Shown: positions 13,191 to 25,752, counted from the stretch's first letter. The stretch: 64,000 nt of DNA from Lama guanicoe (GCA_013239625.1 MU053216.1:1826943-1890942); one strand, 5' to 3'. The notes: generated by a model not told the origin, from the sequence alone. Numbers and translations are program-made.

Positions 13191-13450
13191 TTGGGGTTTT
13201 TTTTGCATTCTTTTTTAATTGAAATACAGTCAGTTCACAGTGTTGTGTCAGTTTCTGGTGCACAGCATCGTGTTTCGGTCATACATGTACATACATATAT
13301 TCTTTTTCATGTTCTTTTTCATTCTAGGTTACTGCAAGATACTGACTATAGTTCCCTGTGCTGTACAGTAGAAACTTGTTTATCTATTTTATATGTAGTT
13401 GTTAATATCTGCAAATCTCAGACTCCCAATTTAGCACTCCCACCCCTTTG
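13191..13450 (-). mobile_element. L1 3' end with perfect 13-bp TSD
   Basis: cactgacaggttt at 13178-13190 and 13451-13463 flanks an L1 3'UTR. Confidence 0.92.
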
Positions 13451-13661
13451 CACTGACAGGTTTAGCGTTTGGGGAAAATCATACTTCTGTTGGCACCTGG
13501 TTGATCCTCCGTGTCGTGCTGTTTCTTTTGCAGTGTGACAGCCTCATCCCACCTGCCCCCTCGAGTCCCTCCCTGTTTAGAGCTCAGACTTCTGTCCCTT
13601 CTGGGCTCCTGTTTTCTTTGTAATTCCTGCAGCACATGTCCCCACTTCTTTTAAGTTTAAA

Positions 13662-13748
13662 AAATTATTTTATTTTTTGATGGCAGTACTGGGGACTGAA
13701 CCTCTTGCTTGCTAAGCTCACTCTACCAGTGGGCTGTCTCTTTCCCCC
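13662..13748 (-). mobile_element. Diverged Vic-1-like SINE
   Basis: gatggcagtactggggactgaacc...gctaagc..ctctaccagtgggct. Confidence 0.65.
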
Positions 13749-13989
13749 CACCATCCCCGCCCTTCCCACTTCTCACCCCTCAGTAGTAACCAGGTGCCCA
13801 GGCCTTTTTGCCCATGTGAGCCCATCCCCATTTAAATATTGCACCTCACACGAGTTTCTCCCCGGCCAGCCACATTTTAGGCACCCACACGGCCGGATCA
13901 GGTGTCTGCATTTTAGTGTGGAACATGACGCAGGCCCTCATCGGAGTCCCCTCTGCCTGAAAGCAAAACCGAGAGAGAAGCAGGCAGAA

Positions 13990-14560
13990 GAGAGCGAAGC
14001 CCCGAGGCGCTCTGTTTTTACAGGCGCGCTTCGTTCCACGGCGGCGGTTATTGTTACCCACGTGGAACGACCCCGTGAGCCGTGTGTGTCGTGCTGCCTC
14101 CTCTTCGCACGTCTGTGGGGCTCGGCTGGCGGGGGGAGGGGGAGGCTGGCCGAGCCAGGCAGCCCGGCTCCCCGCGCGTGGCTCGCGGGGTGTGGGTGGC
14201 CGCGCGGCGCTGCGCTCCCGGAAGGGGCCCACAGCGGTTCAGCTGCGGCCTCCTCACCCCTGATGCCACTGTGGGATGTGATGCCCACCTCGTAGGCTTG
14301 TGGCGAGGATTCAAGGAGGTAATCTTAGTAAATGAGGGCTCAGCCCGTCGGGGCACAGTCCTGCAGCGCCATCCTCGTCCTTTATCCATAAATGGCCCTG
14401 GGACTGGGTGGGCGCGGAACCGGTGCCTGGCAGCCCTGGCCGGGAGGTGAGATGTCCGGCCCCAGGCGGTTGCACACTCTCAGGCTCCTTTGAGGGACTG
14501 AGCGCTGACCGGGCATCGCCCAGGGAGCTTGGCCGGAATCCAGGCCACACAATGGCTGTA
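13990..14560. promoter_or_regulatory. CpG-rich patch
   Basis: Dense CpG by inspection (ccccgcgcgtggctcgcgggg, ccgcgcggcgctgcgctcccgg); function unknown. Confidence 0.5.
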
Positions 14561-15093
14561 GGAACATCTGACACTCGGATAACACGAGGCCACAGGGCAG
14601 GAGCAGAGGGGAAAGAGAACCTGTTACAGCGGCAGCAGGGGCAGCGCAACACGTGTTTCCACACTTATTTATAGAAGCCGCTGCCTGTTTAACAGAGAGC
14701 TTTTGACAGGCCTAATTTATGTCTGGGGAAACTCCTTGGGACAAGATTTTTTTTTTTTTTAAAGTGAGAACTTAGTGGACGGATGACAAAGGTCTGTGAG
14801 CTGAAATGGCGGGCGGGCACAGAATGATTTTTCTTTGTAAATGACATTGCCTGGGATTCACATAGTCCTCAATAACGAATGCAGAAAGGATGTTTCTCCA
14901 ATGACTTTGTGATAAAGTAAACAGGGAATCTACTAGTCAGACTGCGGTCTGAGGCAATCAGGGCAGCTCTGGAAGACATGGTCAGGGCTAAAGTTTGGGC
15001 AAGAGGTGGTGGCTATGGTGATGGTTCCTGTGGAGAAGCTAGCACATAACTCTTTCCATCCCAAATTCTCATGTAGGGAAGACTCCAAGAATT

Positions 15094-15620
15094 TTTTTAA
15101 TTTAATTTTTTTATTGAAGTGTAGTTGATTTACAATGTTAGTTTCAGGTGTACAGCAAAGTGATTCTGTTTTACATATACGTGCATTTCTTTTCAGATTC
15201 TTTTCCATGATATGTTTTTACAAGAAATTGAATATAGTTCCCTATGCTGTACAGCAGGTCCTTGTTCTTTATCTGTTTTATATATAGTAGTGTATATATG
15301 TATATAATCCCAAATCCTAATTTATTCCTTCCCCCCTTCTCCTTTAGTAACCATTTGTTTTCTGTGTCTGTGAGTCTTTCTGTTTTTCATGTGTGTCATT
15401 TTTTTTAAGATTCTACATAGAAGTGATATCATATGGCATTTTTCTTTCTGTTTCTGGCTTACTTCACTTAGAATGATGATCTCTAGGTCCATCAATGTTG
15501 CTGCAAATGGCATGATTTTATTCTTTTTCATGGCTGAGTAGTATTCCATTATATATATATACACACACATACATACATATGCATACATATGTATATATAC
15601 ACATATACATATACATACAC

Positions 15621-15656
<36 letters not shown>

Positions 15657-15774
15657 ACTTCTTTGTCCAGTCATCTGTCGATGGACACTTGGGTTGTTTC
15701 CACGTCTTGGTTATTGTAAACACTGCTGCTATGAACATTTGGGTGCCGGTGTCTTTTTGAGTTAGAGTTTCCTC
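15094..15774 (-). mobile_element. 5'-truncated L1 with TSD and an internal (TA)/(CA) microsatellite
   Basis: ORF2 remnant MEYYSAMKKNKIMPFAAT; TSD gggaagactccaagaatt (15076-15093) / gggaggactcaaagaatt (15775-15792); microsatellite ~15550-15656. Confidence 0.92.
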
Positions 15775-16108
15775 GGGAGGACTCAAAGAATTAGTATGTT
15801 GTGGATGTCCCCAAGGCTCTGGGCAGTGAACACCTGTTTTAGCTGCCAGTGGTTGTCAGCCAGCTCACGCCTATTCTGCTAAGGCAAAGAACACTTTTGT
15901 GTTTTGGGTACCATTATTAAAACAACTTTAAAAATGTACCTGTCCCCGTTGCTTCTTTTGAGTTCCAAAATAAACGCTCTGTAATGAAATACACTCAGTC
16001 CTGCAGGATGTCTCAGGTTTGTGCTTTTAGTAGGTTTAAAGCACAGGGTTTGGAATCAAACAGAACCGTGTGAACTGTGCCCTACCATCGGTTAAGTAAA
16101 ATCATTTT

Positions 16109-16560
16109 TGTATATTAGGGTAAATGCTAAGCTTTTGAAACAAAGAAACCCCAACATCCAGTGGCTTGAAGAAGAGCAGTTAATTTCTCTTTCACCTGAG
16201 TCTGGTCAGTGGGGGTCCCAGGTCATTCGAGGTCCCAGGTGCTTCCATCTTTTTGCTCCTCAGTGCTCCAGTGGTCACCTGGACTGCTGTCCACATCGTG
16301 GGTCCAGCCAGGGGAGGAGATAAGAGCCAATGTCCAGGGGAGGCTGCTTGTCTCTGACACTGGGGAAGACTGAGATGTGGGGATGGTCGTTTCGCTCACG
16401 GTCCATCGGTCCATCGGTGCATCACTGGCAGCTTATCTCAGTCATGTGGGCCCATCTGGCTGCAAAGAAGGCTGGGAAATGTAGTCTTTAACTGGGCACC
16501 CATGTGTCCAGGCAAAAAGGAAGGCTGGATTTTTGGGAGACAACTAACAAGTCTGTCGTA
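16109..16560 (-). mobile_element. MaLR solo LTR (MLT1J/K-like)
   Basis: ccccaacatccagtggcttgaa and gtcatgtgggcccatctggctgcaaagaaggctgggaaatgtagtcttt match recalled old MLT1 motifs. Confidence 0.7.
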
Positions 16561-17379
16561 GTGTATAGCCCACAAGTCCTAGCACATAGTAAGTCCTTAA
16601 AGAGAGATGCTGTCATTTTCATGAATCATTTCTGGTGTGTTTTCTTTGGATGCGTTTCCTCAACCACATCAGATTTCCTGGAACGTAATCAACGCTCAGT
16701 GTTTTTCAGGTGAGAAATATCAGGTTCATAAACAAACCGCTTTTCCTTCAGTTAAGGCATTGTTAGGGACGCCGTGGGTTTCTCCAGGGCAGCCCCTTTA
16801 ATTTGCCTGCTGTTGTCAGCTGGTCGGAAGCCCTGTGCCGAAGCGCTGGGAAAACAAGAACCAGCCACCCTCCTGGAAACCTCTTCTGACCCCAGAGCAC
16901 TGTGTTCCCACAGCGGGGGCGCACGTAGGGGAGCCAGCACCCCCCGCCTCCACGAGCTGCCCCTCCCTCCAGCGGACGTGGAGGGGAGCTTTGAATGGAG
17001 GGACAGAAGTTTTCAAAAAGTAGATGCTTTCATTTTCGGAATGTTAACTATTGCCTGGTTGTAAGGATGAGCTGGTCTGACCTGCTGGTCAGGCTGTGAT
17101 TTCTTTCCTGGGTCCCCTGTAAATACTGACGCAAGCTTTGTAAATTCATCACTTACACGCGCAGGTCTCGGGTTGGCTGGAGGTAGCCTGTCAGGATCTC
17201 AGCAAGCTAGCAGACACAAGCAAATGTTCCCCGGAGGGAAGAAGAGAGGGAGGAGGTCCCTCCTGAAGGTTTGGACCCGTCTGTGGGGACGACCATGGTG
17301 GGATCTTGGGTTGTCCTTCTGGGGGTCATTAAAAGTGAGCTGCCATCCGCTGCAGGACACACCCTCAGCGCCACCTCGA

Positions 17380-17605
17380 CCCCAGCCTCAGGCAGAACAG
17401 ACCCTGGGACCCGCCAGCCTCCAGCAGCGTTGGTGTCATTATCGAACAGCCCTGATTGTTGGACGCGCTCCCCTACGCGTTGTGTTGAAAGTAGCCTCCC
17501 TGCGCTGTCTGCCCGGTCTCCTCCTGCTGGTCCTGCTCGCCGGGCCGCAGAGCACAGTCCAGTTCTTCCAGCCGCTGCGCAGACACGCCGAGCGCCTTGA
17601 ATCGA
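17380..17605 (-). mobile_element. L3/CR1 LINE fragment, GC-shifted
   Basis: Minus strand ggaagaactggactgtgctctgcggccc...gcagggaggctactttcaacacaa...ccaacaatcagggctgttcgataatg follows the recalled L3 3' consensus. Confidence 0.6.
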
Positions 17606-17699
17606 CGGGGTGGCGGCGTTCTCACCGCCTGGCTCTTGGATTAACCGCATGTTAATTCAGGATGGGAGGTGACACGCAGTCACACACGGGGTCCGTCCC

Positions 17700-18600
17700 T
17701 GAAATTCACCCGTGATGCAGAGTTGGGCGTGGGTGCGCACACTGGATGAGTGAGATGAGCCCAGGCCCCTGTAAGACGTTCAAGGTCAGCGTCAAGGAGA
17801 CAGAGGGGAGCAGTGCCGTGTGTCCGTTTGTGACGCTTGTGTACCGCGCCTGCGCTCCCCAGGTTCCGGGCCGGGGCTCCTTGTGCCCAGAGCGTGGGGG
17901 CGACCCTGGGAAGCCAGCACAGTGAGACCAGAGCGTGGCTCACAGCCGAGGTCGGGGCCCAGAACTGGGGTCTCAAGTTTGATGGGGTGGACGGGACGGT
18001 TTCCAGCACTCTGGCGGGAGTTGGCCAGGCCTCTGGGACCACGCGTGCGTGAACGGGAACGGGCGGAGGTAGGAAAGGGCGGTGATTGGGCGGGAAGGGG
18101 GGCAGCCCCGCGGGGTCGGTCCCGGCGGGCGTGGGGGCGGGGCGGCGGCTGGGGGCGCTGCGGGGCGCTTCCCGAAGCCGAAGACGCTCGGCCTCAGGGG
18201 AAGGACTCGAGCGGCCCCGGGGCGGGAGCACGGCCCGGCAGCTGGGTGGCGTGGGACCGAGGGCAGGAGACCAGCCTGCAGTCCGCCGCATGGTTTCAGC
18301 GGAGAAGTGCCTCGGGCCGGGCTCCCGCTGCAGGGGAGGCGCTGATGCGGGAGAGAACGAGGAGGGCCCCTAGTGGTTCGTGGCTGCCGAGGCGGTGTGG
18401 GAGGAGGGGAGGGGTGGCCCCGGGTCGTGGGGGGCCTGGGGGGCCTAAATTCCTGTCGCTAGAGTGCTGGGAGGGCCCGGCCTGGTCGGCACTGGGCTTC
18501 CGCTGAGCTGGGGCAGACGGAGCCACCAGGCACCGCCGGCTGTGCTCTGCAAAGCGGCGAAGGCAGCTGCGGAGCAGGTGTCAGCGCGCCTGGGAGGACG
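17700..18600. promoter_or_regulatory. CpG island ~2.2 kb downstream of the predicted NR5A2 poly(A) site
   Basis: Very high GC and CpG; GC box 18134-18142; CCAAT on the minus strand 18083-18089; TCAAGGTCA 17780-17788. Confidence 0.7.
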
Positions 18601-18874
18601 ACTCCCTTCTCACCTTGGCTCTTTCTGACTAATGTGGTCCTGGGGACAGGCTCAGCCCCAGTGTCCCAGGGAGGCTGGCCTGGGACCCACAGTACCTCCC
18701 GGGGTGCCCAGGATCCGAACCCCGACGGCCTCAGCCCAGGAGGGGAGTGTGGAGGGCCCAGCCATCTCGCCGACTGGTTTCTTGATCGTTTAGTGTCGAA
18801 CTCGCCTCGGGGCTGCTCCGAGATTAGTCTAATTACACCCCCGTCTGCCTCTTTCCCTCTTCTTTCCCTTTTAG

Positions 18875-18998
18875 TTTTGAGGGGGGAGGTAATTCAGTTC
18901 ATTTATTTACTTACCTAGTGTGGTGGAGGTGCTGAGGACTGAACCCAGGGCCTCGTCATGCTAAGCATGCGCTCTACCTCTGATCCGTGCCCTGCCCC
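18875..18998 (-). mobile_element. Vic-1-like SINE
   Basis: ggaggtgctgaggactgaacccaggg...atgctaagcatgcgctctacc. Confidence 0.82.
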
Positions 18999-20300
18999 CT
19001 CATTCCCTGTTATAGCAACAATTAAACGTGCAGCGTCTCAGAGAGCATTCTTAGCCTTCCTACCGACAAAGCCAACAATCATAGCCTGATCTCTGTCACT
19101 GCATTATTAATTCCCAACTTAACATAAAACAAATGGCCTGTGTGAAACAGTTCAAGCACTGCAAGAATATTTATTTTGAGTGACTAAACTGTACACTTCC
19201 TGTTCAGCTTTAAGGAAAATTGGTCTTTATTATTCCCGGGAAATGTCAGAATCACTAAGTGTTGCAGCAGTTTGACCTGCGTTACGTAGAACCAACCCTC
19301 CACATGTTTCTCATAAAAACATGCATCAGCGATGGCTTCAAACTGAACGTCAAACTTCGTTAAAGGTACAAGCCTCTTCAAAGTTACTGTGAATATCGAA
19401 TATAACAATCAAATGCACAACAGCAAAAACTTTTTTTTTCCTCAAGGGCTGCTTCAAGCCGATGCATTTAGCAACTTTGTGATGGGGGTGAGGTCTCTGC
19501 TCTCATCAGTGACCCTGCTGGTGGGCAGGTTGGGCTTTGGAAAAACTCCATCATTTTTAAAAGATTGTATATAACCACTTATAAAAATATTAAAAATTTT
19601 TCTGTATCTTCTTTGGCCTGTGGGATGATTACCTGGGCGTGTATGTATGTCAAAGTTGATCAAACTGTACTTTTCTAGATGTTAAACTGCACTTCAGCTA
19701 AGTATGAATGTACGTATTTTTTCATAGTCCATAGAATGTAAGCAAGAATTTTTTAAGTTCTTCCTCATAAGAGGTTGTTAAAGGAGATGTGTTTTGTAGG
19801 GCACTGTTTAGCTGATTAAAAATCTCAGCTCTGTAATCTACTAGACCTTAGGTATGGCGTCTTGGGTCTGATTCCTTGGTGTTTTTTGGTAGGACCCTAA
19901 TTAAAATCGGTGTCTGCTTGGCAGCTGGATAACGACGCCTGCTGGTCGTGGCCGGGGCAGGGATGGGAAGGTGGGGTCGCCAGGTTTCGAAGCCTTGTTA
20001 AGTGTTTCGTGGCTCTTGCAATATTTGGTAATAGAGATAATTGTGCATTTCCAAGATGGATTGTGCAGGTATTTTCTTGCTTCAGACATCTCCAGAGGCT
20101 CGACAGTACTGAAGGAGGCTGATTTTCTGGCACAAAAAGATGTTATTTTTAGGTCTAAACACCAGGACATGTAAAGACTTTCATGTTTCTAAGGTATTGA
20201 TACTGGAATCAGTAACTGAGTACCTAGTGGTGACTCGATGCCTGATTTTCTCTAATATAGCTCCTCCCTTTGAAGCAAATCTAAAGAGTCACCCTGGTTT

Positions 20301-20510
20301 GGGGCAGTATAGTGTTGTACTGATGAGTGAGGGTCCTGGAGTCAGACTTCCTGGGTTCACAGCCCTGCTCCTCCAGGGACTGGGGTGTCACTTGGAGCAA
20401 GAAGCTGGAAGGGGAGGAGGAGGAGGATACCTCGGGGAACTTGATCTGGGATCAGCTGAGTTAATAAAGCACTTGAGAAAGTTACTAGGGCACTGTCGGT
20501 GAGCTCTGCA
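20301..20510 (+). mobile_element. MIR SINE
   Basis: ctggagtcagacttcctgggttcacagccctgctc...gtgtcacttggagcaag matches the MIR head and core. Confidence 0.7.
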
Positions 20511-20784
20511 GGAACAGACAGTGTGAGAGTTTTCTGCCCATCAGTCGTCACAGTAGGTGATGTAAAATATTTTATTTCACGTATGGAGAGGTGACACACA
20601 GCTTGAGTTTAATGCCTCAAGGAAGCATCCAGCTAGGGACAGTGGACCACCCGAGACAGTGTCTAGAGAGGGAAAAACATCTGTTCACGTGGAATTCTTC
20701 TGAGTCCATCCCTAGTCGAGTACCTTAGTGACTTAGAAGCTTTAGAACCCAATGCAATGAGGACGGCATAAAAACTGTTAAAAA

Positions 20785-23760
20785 TGATCAGGTTGGGCAT
20801 ATCAATATTTATTGAAATATTGAAAAAAAATTCCATTTTGTTGAGAAATTCCTGGCAAGAACTGACATGACAATATGTATTTCACTGAGACAGGAAGTAA
20901 CGTCAACAAGGAACCGACTTCACGCTCCCCAGGTGGCCCGGGTTCAGAGCCGGGGCTAGCGGCAGAAGCAACCTAGCACAGAAATTCAGACACGACAGGT
21001 TGTCTGTTTAGGAACACAGACCACTGACAACAAACCGGGCCAAGCCAAAGCCCGTCGTGTCTGAGTCTGCCTTCACTGATCGATCCTGCAATTGATAAGG
21101 CAGCTGCTAAGCAAATGTCGGGTTGCAAACCGGTCAACGACGCACTCTAGAGAAAGGCCACATGCCGGCCGTGCGTGGACCACAGACGCCGAGTGGCATC
21201 CGTGTTTATCAGCGTGCCCCTGATGTCACCAAGCAGCGTGGCTGGAACTCTGCGGGTCGCCGTCTTTCTCATTGGGTAATTGACCAGTTAACAACATAAC
21301 GATGTGTGACTTTTTTAGGTGTACTAGTCAGCGGGGAATATTGTATATTTAAAATCAGAAAACATGGATTTTGGGAATCAATATATTATTATTATTTTTT
21401 GCAGTGTTAAAAAAACTCGCAAATAACCATCCCTCATATCTCAAAATTTGCCTCCACCCATGTTCCACGTGCACGATGGAGCCACTTCATCCACTGCCGA
21501 CACCGCTCCTCTCCAGCGTGGTGTTTCACTGGGGAGAGGGAAGGTGCTGCTGTGTCCTTGATGCTTTGGATGTGGACTCAGCTATTTTTCACTGTCCCTT
21601 GAGCCATGGAAATAACATGGGTGACTAAGCCTCTAATGAGGTGGCCTAGCTAAAGGGTCCCCTTCCCGTGGACGAGTATTAGAAGTGATTAATAAAAATA
21701 ATAAAATAAGCCTCTTTGTACACACAGAAGTAATAACTAATATCTTTGGTATACAACTTACGATGCTTGGAAAGAAAACCCAGGGAAGACTCCACCCTTG
21801 TTAAATTTACTCATAAACAGAGGAAGCTACAAGTCACATAATTTACAATAGATATTAAATAAACTACGGTAAGAATTATGAAGATTTACAGACATTTAAT
21901 CAAGAATGATTTTAATTCATTAAGACCCTTCTTTGTCCCTGAACTATGTTCCACTAACTTGAAGACATGCTACAATAAACACATATATTTGGTTTCTTCA
22001 GTCTCGGCTATATCTTATACAAAGGTGAAACCAAGGAACAATAAATTAGCATCAGAATTGTCTACAGTTGAAACTATGATGTACAGTATAAATAAACTAT
22101 TCAAAAGCCAGAAATGCTTATGAAAAAAATTAAGGGACTAGGAGATACTTTTCTCTCTTTTTTTTTACAGTTTCTACAAATGATTGTGCCGCCGATAATC
22201 TCAAAAAAAAAAAATTAAAGTCTAAATGAGATTCCCGTTTTTGATTTTAGTGTCTCACGACATACAATAATTAAGTACTGTTAAAAATAATTAGCAATCA
22301 GAAAAATAACATTAAGGAAATTACTGCTTTAGCGATTTCGTAATATCACAGCTCCCCCCTCCCCCCCAAGGACCTAAAGAATGTAAACACTATGTTTTAT
22401 TTGACTTTAAAGTATTAACACTTTATTTTCGACAAAGGTTGGTCCGCATCTGCACAGCCAGCTCTGGGAACTGAAGTAAGGCAAGACTTCCACACCTGTG
22501 GCATCGCCTGTGCGTAACACTGACAGCGTCGCCTGGAGACCTTGTTTCGCAAGTCTTCATCCTCCAGTATCTGGTCTATAGCAGACTGTGGTCTACGTCT
22601 TAGCAAGGTCGGTATCACTCTCTTCCCTTCCCTTCTGGGGAAGACTTGAATCGCTTTAGTATCTTTCCAGGCCCTATGTAAAAATCACCGTTTCCACACC
22701 ATGTGTAGGGAATGTTCAGCTGTAACAGGAGTCAATTTATCTGCTTGCTCCATCTTTTATTTTGCTTTGCTCGACTTGCTTCAGTTCTGTCTTAAGCTGC
22801 TTACACCTGTGACTGACATGCCAGCAAAATGTGTTTCACGTTGTATTTTTCACTGAACTACAAACCTCGATGGTTAAAAAGGCTGATGTATTCTAATGAG
22901 CCTTGAGGGCAGAAATTTTTAGGAAATCCAGCAGTGCTTAAGCTAAAGCTTTGAAAATCTGTTCCCTGCCCTGGATGGTCATGAATGCTTACGCAAGATC
23001 AGGAGAGGGCTACCACCAGCTTTTTGTTTTGTTTTGTTTCGTTTTTTTAACATGAACATACGACAGAACAAACCAGAATGTACTTAACATGGTACGCGAA
23101 CACATTAACAGGCTGTTCTTATTAGCTGTTTGCAGGCCTAAAACACAGACGTTCAAGATTAGGCTTCTCATGATTTGGTGGTGCTACTTGGGGGTGTGGC
23201 TGAGCACAAGTCCTCGGGACAGATTCCCAGATGGCGGGACAGAAGGTGCTGGGTCCTCGAGGGGAAGAGAGAAGGGCTGTTGCAGGTGCAGCCGATGGAT
23301 TCTGGACGATGGGTTCAGGTCAGGTTCACCACAGAGGGATTCCGTAAGCTCAAATCCCCCGCTGCATACACCTAATTAACAACACTGATCGGTCCCTCAA
23401 TTTCTTCACAGCGGAGATCAGTTTAAATATACAAGAATCATTCTGTCCAGTTTTATTCTGACATGGTGTTGCCATCCATCTGTGAGTTCATTCTGCTCCA
23501 TCACAATGTCTTTTATATGGAATCCTTCGGGGACGTGAAGCCTTTGATTCACAGTTTGCAGTACAAATACCCTGATACATCATTTATTTGCTATTAAGTA
23601 TTTGATTATTACGCCTTTTAAAATTCAGTATCTTTAAACCAAGTGTTTTAATTAGTGTTGCTTGGAGCAGTTCAGAGTATTTTTTCCCCTTTCCTCCTGG
23701 CCTCCCCCCCGCCCCCCACCATCTCTTTTTGTTTTGGAAGCTGGCGCTCTGGGGCTGTGG
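20785..23760 (-). other. NR5A2: NR5A2 3'UTR (~3 kb, predicted)
   Basis: Follows the stop codon, has no recognisable interspersed repeat, contains AT-rich blocks and miRNA seed sites, and ends at an AATAAA. The 3' end is inferred. Confidence 0.7.
20808..20813 (-). terminator. Probable main polyadenylation signal of NR5A2 (AATAAA)
   Basis: Minus strand reads ttttttttcaatatttcAATAAAtattgatatgcccaacctgatcatttttaacagtttttatg: U-rich on both sides. Repeat-containing DNA resumes below ~20.5 kb. Confidence 0.65.
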
Positions 23761-24036
<276 letters not shown>

Positions 24037-25230
24037 TCAATGGCGTCTTAATTCCTGTCTACGACGTCAGTGTGTTCAATTCATGGATGCGTTTTCCTCC
24101 TGACATAAAGCGTACTTTACACGCTGCTGAATATTCAGTAAGCCCCACTTCACCACGCTTCCTGGGAAAATGATCACAAAAGAGCTTTAGAAGAATGTCT
24201 TGTTGAAATTCTGCCTATACCTCAGATCAATTAGACACCAATGGGTTTTGAGCAAGGTCAGCCCTTTTCATAGCCCTTACAAAAGGAAAGGCTTGAGGAT
24301 TCCTAAAGTAGGGGGATCATAATATATTGCCCGCAAATGAGTCCCTGGAGAAAGACCTATCTTAACCCAATATATTGCACAATTCATATAATTCTGTATT
24401 AATTTTTCTGACCCAAGGTGAAATCTGTGTCCAGGGTCTGATGTAGTTAATTCTAATAAAAAGTGACAGGGTTCTTGTTTCTGTTTGACATTTTCTAAAT
24501 GATTCTGAAAGCCTTTGACTTGTCTAGTCTATGCTAATGAACCATCTGGTACACTCCAGTGACTGCCAACAGAATCAGCGCTCCTGGAACTCCTAAAATA
24601 TGTATCTCGGTGACTAATGATCTTTATCAAATGAAAGCTTTGTCCTTTAGGCAGAATACAAGCCAGGATGGCCGGTGCCCTTTAACCTGAGCGTGGTTTC
24701 TGAAGTCTGAGACTTTTTTCCTCCCCTCCTGGTCATGGTCTCCTACAGAGAAGATAGGTTCAGCCTAACTCCTGGTGGCCCTCTGCCCTACGAGTCCTCA
24801 CAAATGTTGAGTAAGAGGGAAACAGAGTCAAAAGGGACTGACACACGTACACAGACGATGAGCCAGGGAAGACGGTTGCGTTGGAATTTCTCTTCTGGAG
24901 TTTGTTTATGTTAACGGTGCAGCTTTTCTGCAATGTGTATATAGAAGCCTCTGGAAGGAACATGTAGACGTGTGTGTGTGTTTACATATGGCTATGCTAA
25001 GAAAGTAAACAGAGGAAGCCACCCTCCCACCTCTGCTTTATTTTCTAATTGGACAAAAGTAAGAAAGAATGATTTAGTAGAAAACCACATAATATGCCAA
25101 CTCAAATGTTAAATGTACTAAACCCGTTTAAGAGCTACCACAGCGATTCATATCCAATAGTTTTGTCACTGTATGTGGTCAAACTTAGCCTGCACGTGTG
25201 TGCACGTCCATCTTGGTTTCTCTAAATTTT

Positions 25231-25346
25231 CTTTTTTGGGGCAAGTAGTAAAGTTGGTTTGTTTGTTTATTTGATGGAGGTGCTGGGGGTTGAACCCAGG
25301 CCCTCCTGTTTGCTAAGTGCCTCCCCCACCACTGAGCCATACCCCC
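25231..25346 (-). mobile_element. Vic-1-like SINE
   Basis: gatggaggtgctgggggttgaacccagg...ccactgagccatacccc. Confidence 0.82.
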
Positions 25347-25659
25347 ATCTTGGTATCTAAATGCTGCTACAATATGCAGCCTTTCACTTGCTGTCCCAGT
25401 GTGCTGAGGAAGAGTTCAGTGTTTACATTTGCAGCCACAGCTTTGCATAAAACATGCTTCCCCGCTCCATCCCCAAGTCTCTGCCCCAAATGAACAACTG
25501 TGAGGAATTAGTACTTAAATAGATACACAGTGTGAGCATTGGAGACCACATCTATTTCAAATGGACCATGAAAAAATACTTGATTATTGTTAATGAGATG
25601 AACACTACACTATTCGGAGATCTGTGTCTTCCTGTGGCATTAAACTGGTGGCCAGGGGT

Positions 25660-25752
25660 GGGTGGCGGTGTAGTGCTCCAGGGTAGAGTGATGTGTGCGA
25701 GGTCCTGGGTTCAATCCCCAGCACCTCCATTACCAAAAAAAAAAAAAAAAAA
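25660..25752 (+). mobile_element. Vic-1-like SINE with poly(A) tail
   Basis: gtagagtg..gtgcgaggtcctgggttcaatccccagcacctcc followed by an A run. Confidence 0.8.

Noticed and set aside
2901..15786. L1 ORF2-like ORFs as functional genes
   Set aside because: Short frameshifted C-terminal remnants of 5'-truncated L1 copies.
17173..18526. Several 100-230 aa ORFs on both strands
   Set aside because: Stop-poor GC-rich DNA, R/G/P/A-rich peptides in all frames, partly L3-derived.
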